NCBI GenBank assembly: GCA_017450965.1 | Contig: JAFSSQ010000022.1 | Coordinates: forward strand, 232 to 64,231 | DNA from: Clostridia bacterium | Lineage (GTDB): Bacteria; Bacillota; Clostridia; Oscillospirales; CAG-272 | Reading direction: 5' to 3' | DNA length: 64,000 nt | Part shown: one piece after another, positions 62,756 through 64,000 of the stretch | How positions within the stretch are numbered: position 1 is the first letter of the stretch | How the letters are laid out: each line of letters starts with the position of its first letter | The notes under the pieces: model-generated | Told to the model about the DNA's origin: nothing | The model's input: the letters and a program-made list of their open reading frames with translations, nothing else | Database searches by the model: none | Position numbers and translations under genes: made by a program

Positions 62756-63085
62756 TGTTTTTCTCCTGAAAGTTACGGCCTCTGCGGCCTGTTTTTCTCA
62801 TTTCCGTTTTTTTATAGCATATTTTGCGGGAAAAGTCAACCTTATCCCCCGGCAAATCCGCCGGAACGCTCTTTCTCCTTATTTATTATACAGTTTCCCG
62901 CCCCGAAAGTCTTATGCTGTCAGCATACTTTTGAAAAAGGCGCTCATTTTCCCCGGACCGCCGGCGGCGCGCATTTTTTCCCCGGGGAGCATAGGATCAT
63001 GAAATGCACATGGAGAGATCGTTTCATCACGGTTGAGCGGATCGCCAGATCGGCTCATTTTTTGCCGCCGTTTTCTGTTGACCGC

Positions 63086-63113
63086 TTGACAAATTGCGAT
63101 TTCGTGCTATAAT
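63086..63113 (+). promoter_or_regulatory. Promoter of the AAA+ ATPase gene
   Basis: TTGACA (63086-63091), 16-nt spacer, TGc-TATAAT (63105-63113). Confidence 0.65.
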
Positions 63114-63167
63114 ACAGTTAAACAAATTGCGATTACATCGGATTTTGTCGAAATTAAAATTGCGATC
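63089..63167 (+). repeat. Three copies of a 13-nt motif AMAAATTGCGATY at exact 33-bp spacing
   Basis: ACAAATTGCGATT at 63089-63101 and 63122-63134; TAAAATTGCGATC at 63155-63167; copy 1 lies in the promoter spacer, copy 3 abuts the GGAGG RBS. Confidence 0.85.
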
Positions 63168-63179
63168 GGAGGCGAGATC

Positions 63180-64000
63180 ATGTTCAAAAGAAAGATATAC
63201 AATAAGCTTATCGAATGGAAGAACGAGTCGCAGGGCAGGACCGCGCTGATGATCGAAGGCGCGCGGCGTATCGGAAAATCTACCGTGGCGGAAGAATTCG
63301 CAAAAAACGAATATGAGAGCTATATCCTCATAGACTTCTCTTTGGCGCCGCAGTCAGTCAAGGATCTCTTTGACGATATGTCCGACCTGAATTTCTTCTT
63401 TCTTCAGCTTCAGCTGCTGTTTCGTGTCGATCTTGTTGAGCGCAGGTCCCTTATCATATTTGATGAAGTTCAATTCTTCCCAAAAGCCCGACAGGCGATT
63501 AAGCATCTTGTTGCAGACCGTAGGTACGATTATCTTGAAACGGGATCGCTTATTTCTATCAAGAAAAATGTCCAGGGCATACTGATCCCCAGCGAGGAAC
63601 AGAAGATCAGTATGTATCCGATGGACTATGAGGAATTCCTTTGGGCGGTAGGCGATAAAACGACGGTTCCGCTTATCCGTCAGTGCTTTGAGTCGCGAAA
63701 GCCCGTCGGCGAGCAGCTTAACCGTCGGCTCATGCGTGACTTCCGGCTTTATATGCTTGTGGGCGGTATGCCTCAGGCGGTGAACGAATATATCGAAACG
63801 AACAATTTCCGCAAGGTCGATCTGGTCAAGCGCACGATCCTGTCTCTCTATGAAGAGGATTTCAGAAAGTTCGATCCGTCGGGCAGAGCGTCGATGCTGT
63901 TCGACGCGATTCCGGCGCAGCTTGCGAAAAACGCGTCGAGATATCAGACGACCAGCGTGCTCAAAAAGAGCAAACCGGGAAAACTGCAGGAGATCATAGC
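63180..64000 (+). CDS. AAA+ ATPase (AAA_14/DUF4143-type, COG1373-like), truncated by the window end
   Basis: Hand translation MFKRKIYNKLIEWKNESQGRTALMIEGARRIGKSTVAEEF...IIFDEVQFFP; Walker A GARRIGKST, Walker B IIFDEVQ; GGAGG RBS 7 nt upstream; no stop before 64000. Confidence 0.8.
   Translation, partial: MFKRKIYNKLIEWKNESQGRTALMIEGARRIGKSTVAEEFAKNEYESYILIDFSLAPQSVKDLFDDMSDLNFFFLQLQLLFRVDLVERRSLIIFDEVQFFPKARQAIKHLVADRRYDYLETGSLISIKKNVQGILIPSEEQKISMYPMDYEEFLWAVGDKTTVPLIRQCFESRKPVGEQLNRRLMRDFRLYMLVGGMPQAVNEYIETNNFRKVDLVKRTILSLYEEDFRKFDPSGRASMLFDAIPAQLAKNASRYQTTSVLKKSKPGKLQEII

Noticed and set aside
1-64000. CRISPR arrays, rRNA genes, IS elements or transposases, integrases
   Set aside because: I found no regularly spaced 25-40-nt direct repeats, no rRNA-like sequence and no transposase or recombinase ORFs in any frame of the track or in my reading of the intergenic regions.

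Overview
All calls below come from reading the sequence and recognising motifs; no searches were run. The window looks like a high-GC Clostridia-type chromosome segment (yabP-yabQ-divIC, a YabM/SpoVB-like flippase, a PASTA kinase, long-form HPF). I support about 62 CDS, one tRNA and a set of promoters and terminators.

Most of it is core housekeeping:
- a sugar ABC importer (2.0-6.7 kb);
- a Bce-like RR/HK plus MacB-type ABC detox module (7.6-12.8 kb);
- murA, hpf and an orphan ParB paralogue;
- a tightly coupled cdaA-cdaR-FAD protein-rseC-recJ-relA-hemZ array (26.2-36.5 kb);
- the yabM-hup-yabO-yabP-yabQ-divIC sporulation/division block;
- the conserved priA-def-fmt-rsmB-rlmN-prpC-prkC-rsgA cluster on the minus strand (41-52 kb);
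- rpoZ-gmk-remA-yicC;
- a TrxR-like/trxA/OhrR-like operon with a convergent rubredoxin gene that the ORF track missed;
- pepF, and an FNT channel plus fhs behind a terminator-containing leader.

There are three accessory patches:
1. A low-GC two-gene cassette directly 3' of tRNA-Gly (14.4-16.4 kb). It encodes an Avd/IVS-type four-helix-bundle protein and a membrane-anchored SAP/Zn-ribbon/MuF-like protein, and is preceded by a dense hairpin and CTTCAY-hexamer array.
2. An AbrB-like plus ABC-2 exporter operon next to a leaderless GH25 muramidase (16.4-19.3 kb).
3. A low-GC patch at 60.6-61.7 kb whose boundary falls inside a surface-protein gene, followed by a truncated AAA+/DUF4143-like ATPase gene behind three 13-nt repeats spaced exactly 33 bp apart.

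I cannot demonstrate a complete new system. The tRNA-Gly cassette is the best candidate and needs homology, structure and co-occurrence tests. The many long ORFs antisense to real genes are compositional artefacts.
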